Positions 1-10,211 of a DNA stretch of 39,297 bases are shown here, piece after piece (the first letter of the stretch is position 1; every line of letters starts with the position of its first letter). A program made the translations under genes and the position numbers. Source of the DNA: Methanothermococcus sp. SCGC AD-155-E23. GTDB taxonomy: Archaea; AGJL01; Methanococci; Methanococcales; Methanococcaceae. The stretch is taken from contig JAHEQA010000046.1 in the NCBI GenBank assembly GCA_019561615.1, forward strand, positions 1 through 39,297. The letters run 5' to 3'. Below the pieces are notes generated by a model, which worked only from the letters and a program-made list of their open reading frames with translations, had not been told where the DNA came from and did no database searches.

Positions 1-123
1 ATATCTCCAAGTATCTTTGAGGCCTCCTCTATCCCCCTTGAAAGTAATTTCTCATCCCTCTCACTTACACCCTTATACACCCTATTTCCCTTTACAAACC
101 CCTTTCCCTCATCTCCTATCTTT
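1..123 (-). repeat. Exact inverted copy of 1385-1507 (internal part of the GMC-oxidoreductase gene)
   Basis: Base-by-base comparison: 1-123 is the reverse complement of 1385-1507; identity breaks at 124. Confidence 0.95.
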
Positions 124-469
124 CCAAATCCACATATTATATAGTGATCCCTGATACTCTTCAACTTACTCTCCATCTTTTTCAACCTTAGTATCTTTTT
201 TAACTCTCCCTCTATTATGAACCCTGCAATGGAGGCGAAGGTATAGGCCATCGCCCCAGCACCACAGATAATATAAAAGAGTTAAATAACTTGCCCCAGA
301 AGGTGGTAGGTGTTATATCTCCATAACCTACTGTAGATAGGGTGATCACTGTAACGTAGAGGGCTGTAAAGAAATCCCATCCCTCTAGATACATAAGACC
401 TAAAGTTGCTGTGAGAATAATGGTCAAGAGTACAAGGATACCTAACTTTATCCTATTTAGTGGTTCCAT
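124..469 (-). pseudogene. Two-TM potassium channel with TrkA-N/RCK domain (MthK/Kch-like); frameshifted and truncated in this assembly
   Basis: TVGYGD selectivity filter. After a 1-nt shift near 275-281 the frame continues FYIICGAGAMAYTFASIAGFIIEGELKKILRLKKMESKLKSIRDHYIICGFGKIG (RCK GxGxxG) and then runs into the inverted copy. Confidence 0.8.
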
Positions 470-550
470 CCCTCTCCCTAGATAGAATTTATAACTCCTC
501 TAATTCTTCATAATATTTATTGATACAGGTGATGTAAAAAGAGGGATAGT

Positions 551-1712
551 GTGTATCACTTTATCATTGTAGGCTCTGGGGTAGGAGGTAGTACCCTATT
601 CAAGGAGTTAAATGAGAAGTATCCAGATAAGAGGATACTACTTCTGGAGATGGGAGATGAGAGGATAAAATATAACACCCTTAAAGGGGAGGTCCAGGTA
701 CTCTATATCACCTCCCTTGGAGGTTCAGGGTTAGGGGCTGTGGGAAATGCCATGAGGATAGATCTGAGAAAGGTGGGTATAAGAGATAGTGAAATTTATC
801 AGGAGGTGGAGAGGGAGTTAAAGGTTAGGGAGGTACCAGATAGTCATATCAGGGAGAGTATTAGACCTCTATTTGATTATGGATTTAGAAGAACCCCAAA
901 GTTTATAGACTTTAAGGGGTGTACTCCTGTGGCATGTGTGCAAGGAAGATATGTCCCTATAAGTGGACTCCTAGAAGATTTTTAAATGTTCAAAGTCCCT
1001 CCAGTAAGATAGTTACAAACTTCTACGTCTCCTCTATATCTAAGGAGGGGAATCTCCTTAAAGTTGAGGGGTTCCATCTACTAAGTGGAAAGAGAAGGTG
1101 TTCCAGGGGGAGAGGGTTATAGTATGTGGTGGAGGTATAAACTCTCCAAGGATACTCTCTACCATACTGGACAACGAACACCTTGGAAGAAACCTCTTTG
1201 TAGATATCTTCCTCACAGTTGGAGGGGTATTGGAGAATTGCAACTTAGATAGATCTGTACCTATGGCCCTCTACAGGAGATATGATGGATTTCTACTGTC
1301 ACCTCACTATACCTTCCATCTCTACCGTAGTATAAAAAGGGAAAGGAGAGATGTAGGGAGTGGAGATATTTACGGTATAATGGTAAAGATAGGAGATGAG
1401 GGAAAGGGGTTTGTAAAGGGAAATAGGGTGTATAAGGGTGTAAGTGAGAGGGATGAGAAATTACTTTCAAGGGGGATAGAGGAGGCCTCAAAGATACTTG
1501 GAGATATGGGGGTTGAAAGAATATACAGAACTGTACTTAGGGGATCCCACCCTGGAGGCACCTGTGCCATGGGTAAGGTGGTGGATAAAAACTTTGAGAC
1601 CGAGGTGGAAAACCTCTACGTCTGTGACGCCTCGGTATTTCCAGAGTCTCCAGGCCTACCTCCCATCCTGGGAATAGTGGCAATGGGAAAGAAGTTGGGA
1701 AGTATTCTATAA
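551..1712 (+). CDS. GMC-family FAD-dependent oxidoreductase with a CxxCxxCxxxxCP insertion; split by two apparent 1-nt frameshifts (about 914-926 and 1087-1098)
   Basis: N-terminal IVGSGVGG FAD motif, GGGINSPRIL, SHPGGTCAMG and LYVCDASVFP motifs spread over three overlapping ORFs (551-985, 919-1122, 1098-1712). Confidence 0.75.
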
Positions 1713-1729
1713 TTAAAAGGGGAGTAAAA

Positions 1730-2209
1730 ATGGAGTTGGAAGGCTATATTTTAAGGGCCTACCTAGAGTCCGCCAGGGGTGAAAGGAAGGGGGATAAGTT
1801 GGAGGAGGTTAAGGCTATAAGGGATTATATCCTCAGGGGAAAGAAGGTAGTTGTGGCCACGAGAAACTTAGATAAATTTAGGGTAATCAGGGAGGTGCTA
1901 CTGGAGAAGGTATATAAGGGTAGGGATGTAGATATATCCAGGATAGAGGTACCTACTGAGGTTGCAGATCTTACAAGAATGCCTGCACTTATTAAGGGGT
2001 TGATAGCTGTAGATACAACAGATGCCCATATCGTTATTGCACGGGGTAGGTTGGGAGTGCCAGGTTCAGGTTCCATACTTCTCATCCTAGATAGTAAAGG
2101 TAGGATCTTAAGTGGCTCCATATCTCCTCCCTCTGTTATACACAGGAGGAGTGTCGAGGATACCGTTAGGGAGGAGTTGTTGGAGGCACTGAGGAGGATA
2201 GGAATATAG
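1730..2209 (+). CDS. hcgB: FeGP cofactor biosynthesis guanylyltransferase HcgB
   Basis: AYLES..RKGDKLEE, ADLTRMPA and ARGRLGVPGSGS motifs; adjacent to hcgC; hmd lies in the same window. Confidence 0.85.
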   Translation: MELEGYILRAYLESARGERKGDKLEEVKAIRDYILRGKKVVVATRNLDKFRVIREVLLEKVYKGRDVDISRIEVPTEVADLTRMPALIKGLIAVDTTDAHIVIARGRLGVPGSGSILLILDSKGRILSGSISPPSVIHRRSVEDTVREELLEALRRIGI

Positions 2210-2218
2210 GGGGATATC

Positions 2219-3007
2219 ATGAAGTACGGTATAACAGAGACTGTGAAAACCTTGGACTCCAAGACCAAGGTGGTAGATATAATCTACTCCATCGTAGAGG
2301 AGAAGACAAGGGCTGTAAAGTACTTCCTAGAGGGGGAGGAGTTTAGGGAGACTCTCATATTTGGGGCCTACCTCTGTGGGAATTATATGGCCTCCTCCCT
2401 TTTAAACGACTCTGAGAAGGTGATACTTGTAGACATCTACCCCCATCTCAGGGATATTGTAAGGAATGAGAGGATAACCTTTATGGATATAAATTCCTTC
2501 AACCTGGCCCTGAGGAATAAGAGGTTAAACCCTGACCTGGTAATTGACCTAACTGGGTTGGGAGGTTTAAGTCCAGAAGTTATCTCCCACTTTGATCCAG
2601 AGGTTCTAATAGTGGAGAATCCAAAGGGGGTATACGACAGGGATATCTACCAGGCGGATAACTCCTTGGAGAGGTTGAAGGTAGGTAGGAGGAGGGGGTT
2701 GTTAAATACCTACAGGATCTCCAGGGTCTCAAAGACCTCTGGAACTATGACCTTAACTATAGATACCATACTAGATGCCTGCCATGAGATCAGGGAACTT
2801 GAAGGTGTACTTTACGTGGTACCAAATTTGAAATACTACGAGGGCATCCTCTTCCACGAGAAGAATGTAAGAAAGTTTATGGAGGAGATAAACAAACCTG
2901 CCATAACTGTAAGTTGCCTGGATGAGGACATCTATCCAAAGGTAGAGAAGATACTTAAGAAAAATATAGAGAGGGTGAAGTCCTTCGTAGAACATGTAGA
3001 TAGGTGA
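2219..3007 (+). CDS. hcgC: FeGP cofactor biosynthesis SAM-dependent methyltransferase HcgC
   Basis: MKYGITE start, [15 protein letters not shown] and [10 protein letters not shown] motifs. Confidence 0.85.
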   Translation: MKYGITETVKTLDSKTKVVDIIYSIVEEKTRAVKYFLEGEEFRETLIFGAYLCGNYMASSLLNDSEKVILVDIYPHLRDIVRNERITFMDINSFNLALRNKRLNPDLVIDLTGLGGLSPEVISHFDPEVLIVENPKGVYDRDIYQADNSLERLKVGRRRGLLNTYRISRVSKTSGTMTLTIDTILDACHEIRELEGVLYVVPNLKYYEGILFHEKNVRKFMEEINKPAITVSCLDEDIYPKVEKILKKNIERVKSFVEHVDR

Positions 3008-3011
3008 AAAG

Positions 3012-4205
3012 ATGTCAGAGAAGGTAGCAGTTTTAGCCTACTCTGGAGGTCTAGATACAAGCTGTTGTCTAAAGTTGTTGGAGGATAGGTACGGGTACAA
3101 GGTGGTAACCCTATGTGTAGATGTGGGGCAACCTGAGGAGGAGATTAAGGAGTGTGAGGAGAAGGCCAGGAGATATGGAGTATATGAACACTACACCATA
3201 GATGCCAAGGAGGAGTTTGTAAGGGAGTACATATTTAGGGCTATAAGGGCAAATGCCATGTATGAGGGATATCCCCTATCTACAGCACTAGCCAGGCCCC
3301 TCATTGCCACCAAGTTAGTTCAACTGGCAGAGGAGCTAGGTGCAGAGGCAGTGGCCCACGGCTGTACAGGGAAGGGGAATGATCAGTTTAGATTTGAAGC
3401 CATCATCAGGGCGAAGGCACCGCACCTAAGGATCATCGCCCCAATTAGGGATCTAAACCTTACAAGGAAGGAGGAGATAGAGTACGCTAAAAAACATGGC
3501 ATAGAGATCCCCTCAGAGAGTAAAAAATACAGTATAGACGAGAACCTCTGGGGTAGAAGTATAGAGGGAGGTCCATTGGAGGATCCCGCCTTTGAACCTC
3601 CTGAGGAGATATACTCTTGGACAAGGAATCCAAGGGAGTGTACTAAGGAGGAATACGTAGAGATAGAGTTTGAAAAGGGGATACCAGTTCGTATAAATGG
3701 GAAGGAGATGGATCCAGTGGAACTTATAAGGGAGTGTAATAAGATAGGGGGAAGAAATGGTATAGGTAGAATAGACATTATTGAGGATAGGATAATAGGT
3801 TTAAAATCCAGGGAGAACTACGAATGCCCAGGGGCTATAATGCTCATAACGGCACATAAGGCCTTGGAGCAGTTGGTACTTACGAGAGAGGAGTTGAAGT
3901 TCAAGGAGATAGTAGATGCCACCTATGGAGATCTTGTATACAGGGGTCTCTGGCATGAACCTCTAAGGGAGGGATTAGATAGGTTTATAGAGAAGACCCA
4001 GGAGAGGGTATGTGGTAAGGTTACCTTGAAGTTATACGGAGGCTCCCTCTGGGTTGTTGGAAGGGAGAGTCCCTATGCCCTGTACAGTAAGGACCTTGTA
4101 TCCTTCGAGGAGAAGGAGATGGATCAGAGGGAGATTACAGGTATGGTTAAATACTATGGATTACAGGCTGCCCTATATGAATCTATCAAGAGAAGACTCC
4201 AGTAG
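3012..4205 (+). CDS. argG: Argininosuccinate synthase
   Basis: [35 protein letters not shown]. Confidence 0.97.
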   Translation: MSEKVAVLAYSGGLDTSCCLKLLEDRYGYKVVTLCVDVGQPEEEIKECEEKARRYGVYEHYTIDAKEEFVREYIFRAIRANAMYEGYPLSTALARPLIATKLVQLAEELGAEAVAHGCTGKGNDQFRFEAIIRAKAPHLRIIAPIRDLNLTRKEEIEYAKKHGIEIPSESKKYSIDENLWGRSIEGGPLEDPAFEPPEEIYSWTRNPRECTKEEYVEIEFEKGIPVRINGKEMDPVELIRECNKIGGRNGIGRIDIIEDRIIGLKSRENYECPGAIMLITAHKALEQLVLTREELKFKEIVDATYGDLVYRGLWHEPLREGLDRFIEKTQERVCGKVTLKLYGGSLWVVGRESPYALYSKDLVSFEEKEMDQREITGMVKYYGLQAALYESIKRRLQ

Positions 4206-4994
4206 ATCTATCATACTCCTGGAGACCCCACATCTTACAACACTTCTCCGGTACTCCTTCCCCCACTCCTCCTTAAATCTCCTCACTACATAGGGGTCGT
4301 ATATATACTCCACATCTGTTTTAGCCTCAACTAGTATAAGGCCCTCAGGAGGGGCAGGAGGTACACCCTCCCTGTGATTTACATCTAGGAGACGGTCTAT
4401 CCAAGATACATCCCTTCTACCTCTGCCTATCTCAGAGAGTGCTGTCACTATCTTTCTAACCATGTTCCAGAGGAAACTCTCCCCTATGACGTCTATCACT
4501 ATATAGGGATCATGTCGGGAGATCCTTATATCCAATATCCTTCTAATGGGACTTTTCTCCTTGGATCTATCCCTCTTGGAGAGGTTGTGGAAGGAGTGGG
4601 TTCCAACAAGTTTCCTGGCACCCTCAATCATGAGATCTATGTTGTAATCCTCATCCCCTGGAAGTATATACCTGTAGTGTCTATACCTTACCTCTGGTAT
4701 CTCCTCTATCCTTCTATATCCAAGTATCCAGATACCCTTATTCTTTAACTTGGAGTAGATATAGGAGAGTTTAGGCTCCTCCCTTAGATAGACCACTACA
4801 AAGTTTCCAAGTGCTGAGACCCCCCTATCAGTTCTACCCCCGTAGAATAGGATACCCTTTTTATCTTCAATGAGATATCCACACTCCTCCAGAGCCTCTA
4901 TTATCTTATCACATACGGTGTCCCTATGGGGTTGAGATTGAAACCCCCTATGACGTCCGTCATAGGCCACCTTGAGTATGTACATACCCTCCAT
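4173..4994 (-). CDS. truA: tRNA pseudouridine(38-40) synthase TruA
   Basis: [18 protein letters not shown] catalytic Asp motif, [11 protein letters not shown]. Confidence 0.93.
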   Translation of the reverse strand: MEGMYILKVAYDGRHRGFQSQPHRDTVCDKIIEALEECGYLIEDKKGILFYGGRTDRGVSALGNFVVVYLREEPKLSYIYSKLKNKGIWILGYRRIEEIPEVRYRHYRYILPGDEDYNIDLMIEGARKLVGTHSFHNLSKRDRSKEKSPIRRILDIRISRHDPYIVIDVIGESFLWNMVRKIVTALSEIGRGRRDVSWIDRLLDVNHREGVPPAPPEGLILVEAKTDVEYIYDPYVVRRFKEEWGKEYRRSVVRCGVSRSMIDLLESSLDRFI

Positions 4995-5059
4995 GGTATC
5001 ACAGGTTACCGTTTTTATATCAAAAGTTAAAAATTATAATAAAAAAAGTGGGGGATAAG

Positions 5060-5983
5060 ATGCTATACGTAGTGGGGCACAAGAATCCAGATACAGACAG
5101 TATATGTTCTGCCATAGTTCTAGCCTACTTCCTAGATGGAGTTCCTGCAAGGTTAGGGGATCTAAATCCAGAGACCCAGTTGGTACTAAGGAGATTTGGA
5201 GTTATGGAACCTGAGTTAATAAGATCTGCAGAGGGTAAGGAGATATTCCTCGTGGATCACAGTGAGAGATCTCAAACCCTAGATGATCTAGAGAGGGGAA
5301 AACTTGTAGGTATCCTGGACCACCACAAGATAGGTATAACTACCTTGGAGCCAATACTCTACCTTGCAAAACCTGTGGGATCTACAGCCACTATAATAGG
5401 GGAACTCTACTTTAAAAATGGGATGGATATTGTAGGGGGAGAGAACAAGGAGTTGAAACCTGACCTGGCAGGGTTACTACTCTCTGCAATAATTTCAGAT
5501 ACAGTTCTCTTTAGATCCCCAACTACCACAGATCTAGACAAAAAAATAGGGGAGAAACTTGCGAAGATTGCAGGTATAGAGGATATACAGGTCTACGGCA
5601 TGGAGTTACTTAAGGCAAAATCTACAGTAAGTAAGATGAAACCTGAGGAGATCGTGAAATTGGACTACAAGGAGTATAACTTCAAGGGTAGAAAGGTAGG
5701 TATTGGACAGGTGGAGGTAATAGATATTGAAGAGATCCAGGATAAGAAGGAGGAGATATACAGGATACTTCAGGAGAAACTTAAGGAGGGTTACGATCTT
5801 ATACTCTTCCTCATAACTGATATAATGAGAGGGGGTAGTGAGATACTGGTTGTAGGTAACAGGGAGGCATTTGAGAAGGCCTTCAATGTAAAGTTGGAGG
5901 GGAAGAGTATATATCTAGAGGGTGTTATGTCCAGGAAGAAACAGATAGTTCCCCCACTGGAAAGGTATTACAAGGGGTTGTAG
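5060..5983 (+). CDS. ppaC: Manganese-dependent (family II) inorganic pyrophosphatase
   Basis: GHKNPDTD, LVDH, DHH and SRKKQ motifs; ATG 5060 preferred over GTG 5048. Confidence 0.95.
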   Translation: MLYVVGHKNPDTDSICSAIVLAYFLDGVPARLGDLNPETQLVLRRFGVMEPELIRSAEGKEIFLVDHSERSQTLDDLERGKLVGILDHHKIGITTLEPILYLAKPVGSTATIIGELYFKNGMDIVGGENKELKPDLAGLLLSAIISDTVLFRSPTTTDLDKKIGEKLAKIAGIEDIQVYGMELLKAKSTVSKMKPEEIVKLDYKEYNFKGRKVGIGQVEVIDIEEIQDKKEEIYRILQEKLKEGYDLILFLITDIMRGGSEILVVGNREAFEKAFNVKLEGKSIYLEGVMSRKKQIVPPLERYYKGL

Positions 5984-5984
5984 A

Positions 5985-6191
5985 TTACTTTACAACCTTA
6001 ATAAGTCTTGCTAAATCCCTTCCAATTGCTAGTTTAGAGTTACCCACCCTTACAATCATAGGTCCCCTCTCATTGTATACAACTGTAATCCTTGTACCAG
6101 GTACAATCCTCAAGTCGTAGAGTTTTTTATACTCCCCACATACCTCTTTTACAACGTATGTACCTGGTTTCTTATCTGCTAGACTTTCCAT
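5985..6191 (-). CDS. feoA: Ferrous iron transport protein A
   Basis: 68 aa, L.DL.IVPG...GP.IVRVG..LAIGR pattern; directly downstream of feoB. Confidence 0.88.
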   Translation of the reverse strand: MESLADKKPGTYVVKEVCGEYKKLYDLRIVPGTRITVVYNERGPMIVRVGNSKLAIGRDLARLIKVVK

Positions 6192-6209
6192 ACACTCACC
6201 TCTCTATTT

Positions 6210-8162
6210 TTATACAAACCCTAGTAGTCGTCCAATGTTGTACACCACTATACCTACAAGGGTAGCCAGTATCAGGTTGTAACTTACTGCAAATAGTGTC
6301 CACTTTATACTCTTCCCTGTCTCAAAGAATAGGCTAGCTATGGTAGCTAAACAGGGAATGTACAATACAGTGACCAGTGTAAGGACAAAGGCCTGAAGTG
6401 GGGTCAGTGCCTCCACTATCTTTCCATTGTAGGCGATCTCCATGGTGGACACTACCAACTCCTTGGCGATGATCCCAGCTAGGAGTGCAAGTGCCCCCCT
6501 CCAATCTATACCCATAAGCTCTGTTATAGGTTCCACCATCTTTCCCAGTAGCATACCGTAACAGTTTTCCTCACTGGGATAGTGGAGCAGGTAGTAGAAG
6601 AGTATAGAACCTGCCAGTATAATGGTTCCAGCCCTTATAAGGAAGTGCTTCGTATAGGCCCAGGCCCTTTTAAGGATGTAATTCCAATCTGGGAGTCTAA
6701 AGGGAGGTAACTCGAAGATAGGTTCTTCAGGTTTACCCTTTACAATATACTTACCTACCACATAGGATACAAGGACTAGTAGGAGAAGGGATATAGCTAT
6801 TATTCCCATGGCGAAGAGGGAGGCATGACTGGCAAAGAATGCACTGGCCATAAACCCAATTACAACAAATCTGGCGGAACATGGGACTAGAGGTGTTACT
6901 AGAATTGTGGCAAGTCGTCTAAGGGGATCTGGGATGGTTCTGGTAGCCAGTATACCTGGAACGTTACATCCAAAACTAATTAGAAGAGGTATTGTTGAAC
7001 CTCCACTGAGACCTATCTTAGCCATTATGTTGTGGAAGAGGGCTGAGACCCTTGCCAGATATCCAACACTTTCCAGGAGGGAGAGGGATAGCATCATAAA
7101 GGCTACATAGGGGAAGAAGGTAAGTACTGTCCCTACCCCTCCAATAATACCCTCCACTACAACCCCCCTGTATGGCTCTGGAATTATTCCACCTAGATAC
7201 CCCCCTAAATACTCGAAGAACATCTCAATATACTCTATAAAAACATCCCCTAACCCTATAACAACAGTGTATACTATGTACATAACAATGGCAAAAATTG
7301 CTATCCCGTATACAGGGTGGAGAAGTATTCTATCTATATCGTCAAATATTATCTTCTCCTTCCAGATACCCTTCAGTATCTCATCTACCTTCTTATACCT
7401 CTCCTCGGCAACGTAACTCTCTGCGTCATGTCTTATCTTCCTTTCCAACTCCTCCTTTATCTTTTTAACCTCCTTAAACAGATCCTCATTCTTCTTAAAC
7501 AGCTCTACAACTTCAGGATCCCCTTCTAGGAAGGATATTGCCAGCCATCTCTTTGGAACATCCTTGAATTTTCCCTCTGTAGGTAGGGTGTATTTCTCCA
7601 ACTTCTCTACTATCTCCCTTACAGTATCCTCCAGGAGTTCAGAGTATCTAATCTCACAGTGAATAGGCTTATAGTTAAATATAGCCTCCTTTAGATCCTC
7701 TATACCTATCTTGTATCTACCTGAGGTTTTTACAACTGGAAGTCCCCCTAACCTCTCACTGAGTTTCTTACTATCTACAGAGATGCCGTACTTCTCCGCC
7801 TCATCTATAAAGTTTAGACAGAGTATAGGTGATCTACCAAGTTCTATCAACTGTAAGGTCAAATAGAGGTTTCTGTTAAGGTTGTTTGTATCTATCACAT
7901 CTACAATGATGGCATCCTTGTTCTCGATGATGAAATCCCTTGCTATCTTCTGGTCCAGGGAGTCAGCTTTTAGGGAGTATATACCAGGTAGATCAATGAC
8001 ATGGAATTTAACACCTTTATAAGCCATTGTACCCTCTTTCTTCTCAACAGTTACACCTGGCCAGTTACCTACACGTTGGGTCATACCAGTTAACTCGTTG
8101 AATATAGTGGTCTTTCCAACGTTAGGTTGACCTACTAGGGCAACTATCTTTTTATCCTCCAT
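6210..8162 (-). CDS. feoB: Ferrous iron transport protein B
   Basis: GQPNVGKT, VGNWPGVTVEKKEG, DLPGIYSL, FGCNVP, PCSAR, multiple TM helices. Confidence 0.97.
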   Translation of the reverse strand: MEDKKIVALVGQPNVGKTTIFNELTGMTQRVGNWPGVTVEKKEGTMAYKGVKFHVIDLPGIYSLKADSLDQKIARDFIIENKDAIIVDVIDTNNLNRNLYLTLQLIELGRSPILCLNFIDEAEKYGISVDSKKLSERLGGLPVVKTSGRYKIGIEDLKEAIFNYKPIHCEIRYSELLEDTVREIVEKLEKYTLPTEGKFKDVPKRWLAISFLEGDPEVVELFKKNEDLFKEVKKIKEELERKIRHDAESYVAEERYKKVDEILKGIWKEKIIFDDIDRILLHPVYGIAIFAIVMYIVYTVVIGLGDVFIEYIEMFFEYLGGYLGGIIPEPYRGVVVEGIIGGVGTVLTFFPYVAFMMLSLSLLESVGYLARVSALFHNIMAKIGLSGGSTIPLLISFGCNVPGILATRTIPDPLRRLATILVTPLVPCSARFVVIGFMASAFFASHASLFAMGIIAISLLLLVLVSYVVGKYIVKGKPEEPIFELPPFRLPDWNYILKRAWAYTKHFLIRAGTIILAGSILFYYLLHYPSEENCYGMLLGKMVEPITELMGIDWRGALALLAGIIAKELVVSTMEIAYNGKIVEALTPLQAFVLTLVTVLYIPCLATIASLFFETGKSIKWTLFAVSYNLILATLVGIVVYNIGRLLGFV

Positions 8163-8181
8163 CCTATCACCATTAACTTAA

Positions 8182-8266
8182 GTTAAATTTATTAATTTAG
8201 GTTAAATCTGCCCCTATATATACTTTTTGGTTTTATCTGTGGTTAAATTTATTAAGCTAGGTTAAA
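8182..8266 (-). promoter_or_regulatory. feoBA promoter: BRE-TATA flanked by two 25-bp direct repeats (candidate operators)
   Basis: GTTAAATTTATTAATTTAGGTTAAA (8182-8206) and GTTAAATTTATTAAGCTAGGTTAAA (8242-8266), 23/25 identical, 60 nt apart; minus-strand CCAAAAAGTATATATA lies between them. Confidence 0.65.
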
Positions 8267-8289
8267 AACACTTCTAAAAAAGAAAGGTA

Positions 8290-8379
8290 TGGCGCGGAGG
8301 AAGGGATTTGAACCCTTGCGGGGCAGAGCCCCACCGGATTTCAAGTCCGGCGCCTTAGTCCAGGCTCGACCACCTCCGC
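8290..8379 (-). tRNA. tRNA-Ser (anticodon TGA), CCA encoded
   Basis: Acceptor GCGGAGG/CCTCCGC-G-CCA, anticodon arm CCGGA-CTTGAAA-TCCGG, long variable arm GGGGC/GCCCC, GGTTCAAATCC T loop. Confidence 0.96.
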
Positions 8380-8467
8380 TCCATCCCAAAATAGTATAAA
8401 TAAAGTAAGCCTTATATATATTTTTCGGTAATATATTTAAATATTAATATTTATCGAGGTATCATCT

Positions 8468-9781
8468 ATGAAGAATGTGGCACTTATCTATCCAAATAAG
8501 TTTAAGGGAGGTATCTCCTGTTTAGCCATGCATGTTCTCTACCACCACCTGAACAAGTACAGGGATGTCCGTTGTGATATGTACTTCCTGGAGAACTACT
8601 CCCAGATAAAAAATAGAGATGCCATTATCGTTACATTACAGTACGAGAACGATTACTTCAACGTAGTGAGAATAGTGGAGGAACTTAGGAGTAAAAATCC
8701 AGATGCTATCTTCATTGCAGGAGGTCCCTGTAGTATGGCCAATCCACTACCCCTATGTGACTTCTTCGACGTCTTTGTAGTAGGGGAGATAGAGGGTAGT
8801 GATATTATGTACCGTCTCATCAACAGGGAGAGGGATGTGGAGGGAGCCTACTTCCCAGAGTATCACGGTAGAAGTAGGGAGGACTTCAGGAGAATAGAGA
8901 GGGTGTATCCTAGAAAACTTGGTATCGAGGACTACCCAGTAAGGCAATTCACCCATCCATCAGGAGCCTATGGAAAGGCCTATCTCCTTGAGATAGGTAG
9001 AGGTTGTCCAAGGAGATGTAAATTCTGTATGGCTAGAGCTATTTACTATCCCCCAAGATTTCGGAGATTGGAGGATCTGATCTACCTTGTAGATGAGGGG
9101 CTGAAGTATACAGATGCAGAGAAGGTGGCACTTATAGCCCCCTCAGTTGGAGACTACAGACATATAGTGGAGTTGTGCCAATATATAAGGGGGAGATACA
9201 ACCTACCTATCTCTCCCTCCTCCCTAAGGGCAGACACTGTAAGTGAGGAACTTCTAGAGGTACTGGATATTAAGACCTTAACTATAGCACCAGAGGCTGG
9301 AAGCGAGAGGTTGAGAGATTACATAGGAAAGGACATATCAGATGAGGATATAGAGAGGGCGTTAGAGGTTGCAGAGAGGATGGGTATAGAGGGGGTAAAA
9401 CTTTACTTCATGGTAGGGTTGCCCACAGAGGAGAGGGAGGATATAGAGGGAATAATAAATATGTGTAGGAAGGTAAAAGAGAGGTTCAGAAGGGTGTCTG
9501 TAAGTGTAAACCCCTTTATTCCAAAACCCTGTACAGAATTTGAGAAGGAGCCCTTTAACATGGAATCTAAAAAGACTATAAAATACATAGAGAAATCCTT
9601 AAGAAGATACGGTATCCAGGTTACCTATGAGAACTTTAACTCCATGGTTGTACAGTGTGTCCTAGCTAGAGGTGATGCATCCCTTGGAGGTTTACTGAGG
9701 GAGTACAAAAAACCAAATCAACTACTGAGGTATCTAAAAAAGAAGGGACTTCTAGAGAGGTATATAGGGCCCTTAGAGTAG
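8468..9781 (+). CDS. Radical SAM protein with N-terminal B12-binding-like domain, function unknown
   Basis: RGCPRRCKFC (CxxxCxxC), AGGP, APEAGSERLR, YFMVGLPTE, PFIPKP. Confidence 0.85.
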   Translation: MKNVALIYPNKFKGGISCLAMHVLYHHLNKYRDVRCDMYFLENYSQIKNRDAIIVTLQYENDYFNVVRIVEELRSKNPDAIFIAGGPCSMANPLPLCDFFDVFVVGEIEGSDIMYRLINRERDVEGAYFPEYHGRSREDFRRIERVYPRKLGIEDYPVRQFTHPSGAYGKAYLLEIGRGCPRRCKFCMARAIYYPPRFRRLEDLIYLVDEGLKYTDAEKVALIAPSVGDYRHIVELCQYIRGRYNLPISPSSLRADTVSEELLEVLDIKTLTIAPEAGSERLRDYIGKDISDEDIERALEVAERMGIEGVKLYFMVGLPTEEREDIEGIINMCRKVKERFRRVSVSVNPFIPKPCTEFEKEPFNMESKKTIKYIEKSLRRYGIQVTYENFNSMVVQCVLARGDASLGGLLREYKKPNQLLRYLKKKGLLERYIGPLE

Positions 9782-10195
9782 TTAGATGTAGGAGTATATC
9801 TTTTTAAGTTTTGAGGCCAGTTTCTCCCTCTTGACTACAACACTTTCTTCCCTGTACTGTAGTGCTCCAGTTGGACATACCCTCTTACATATCTCAACAT
9901 CTTCACTGTAACATCCATGACATTTAAAGGCCTTTCCAGTGTTGGGGTCTATCCTTATAATTCCAAAGGGACAGGCATCTACACATAGGCCACAGCCAAT
10001 ACATCTCTCATTTATTACAACCTTATCCTCTATCCACTCTATGGCTCCCACTGGACATACGTTGTAGCAGGGGGCATCCTCACAGTGCATACACTTTATA
10101 GGGACATTATCTATCACCACTATACCATTTGTTGGGCATGCCCTCTCACAACTTCCACAACCTATACAGAGTTTAATATTAGGTATCAACTTCAT
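9782..10195 (-). CDS. porF: Pyruvate oxidoreductase-associated Fe-S protein PorF
   Basis: Several CxxCxxCxxxCP-type motifs; last gene of the por operon. Confidence 0.75.
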   Translation of the reverse strand: MKLIPNIKLCIGCGSCERACPTNGIVVIDNVPIKCMHCEDAPCYNVCPVGAIEWIEDKVVINERCIGCGLCVDACPFGIIRIDPNTGKAFKCHGCYSEDVEICKRVCPTGALQYREESVVVKREKLASKLKKIYSYI

Positions 10196-10211
10196 CCTTC
10201 CACCGTGAAGG

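Noticed and set aside
8290-8379. Possible tRNA-Sec (TCA visible on the + strand, selB in the window)
   Set aside because: The gene is on the minus strand with anticodon TGA, a 7-bp acceptor stem and a 5-bp T stem: a standard tRNA-Ser.
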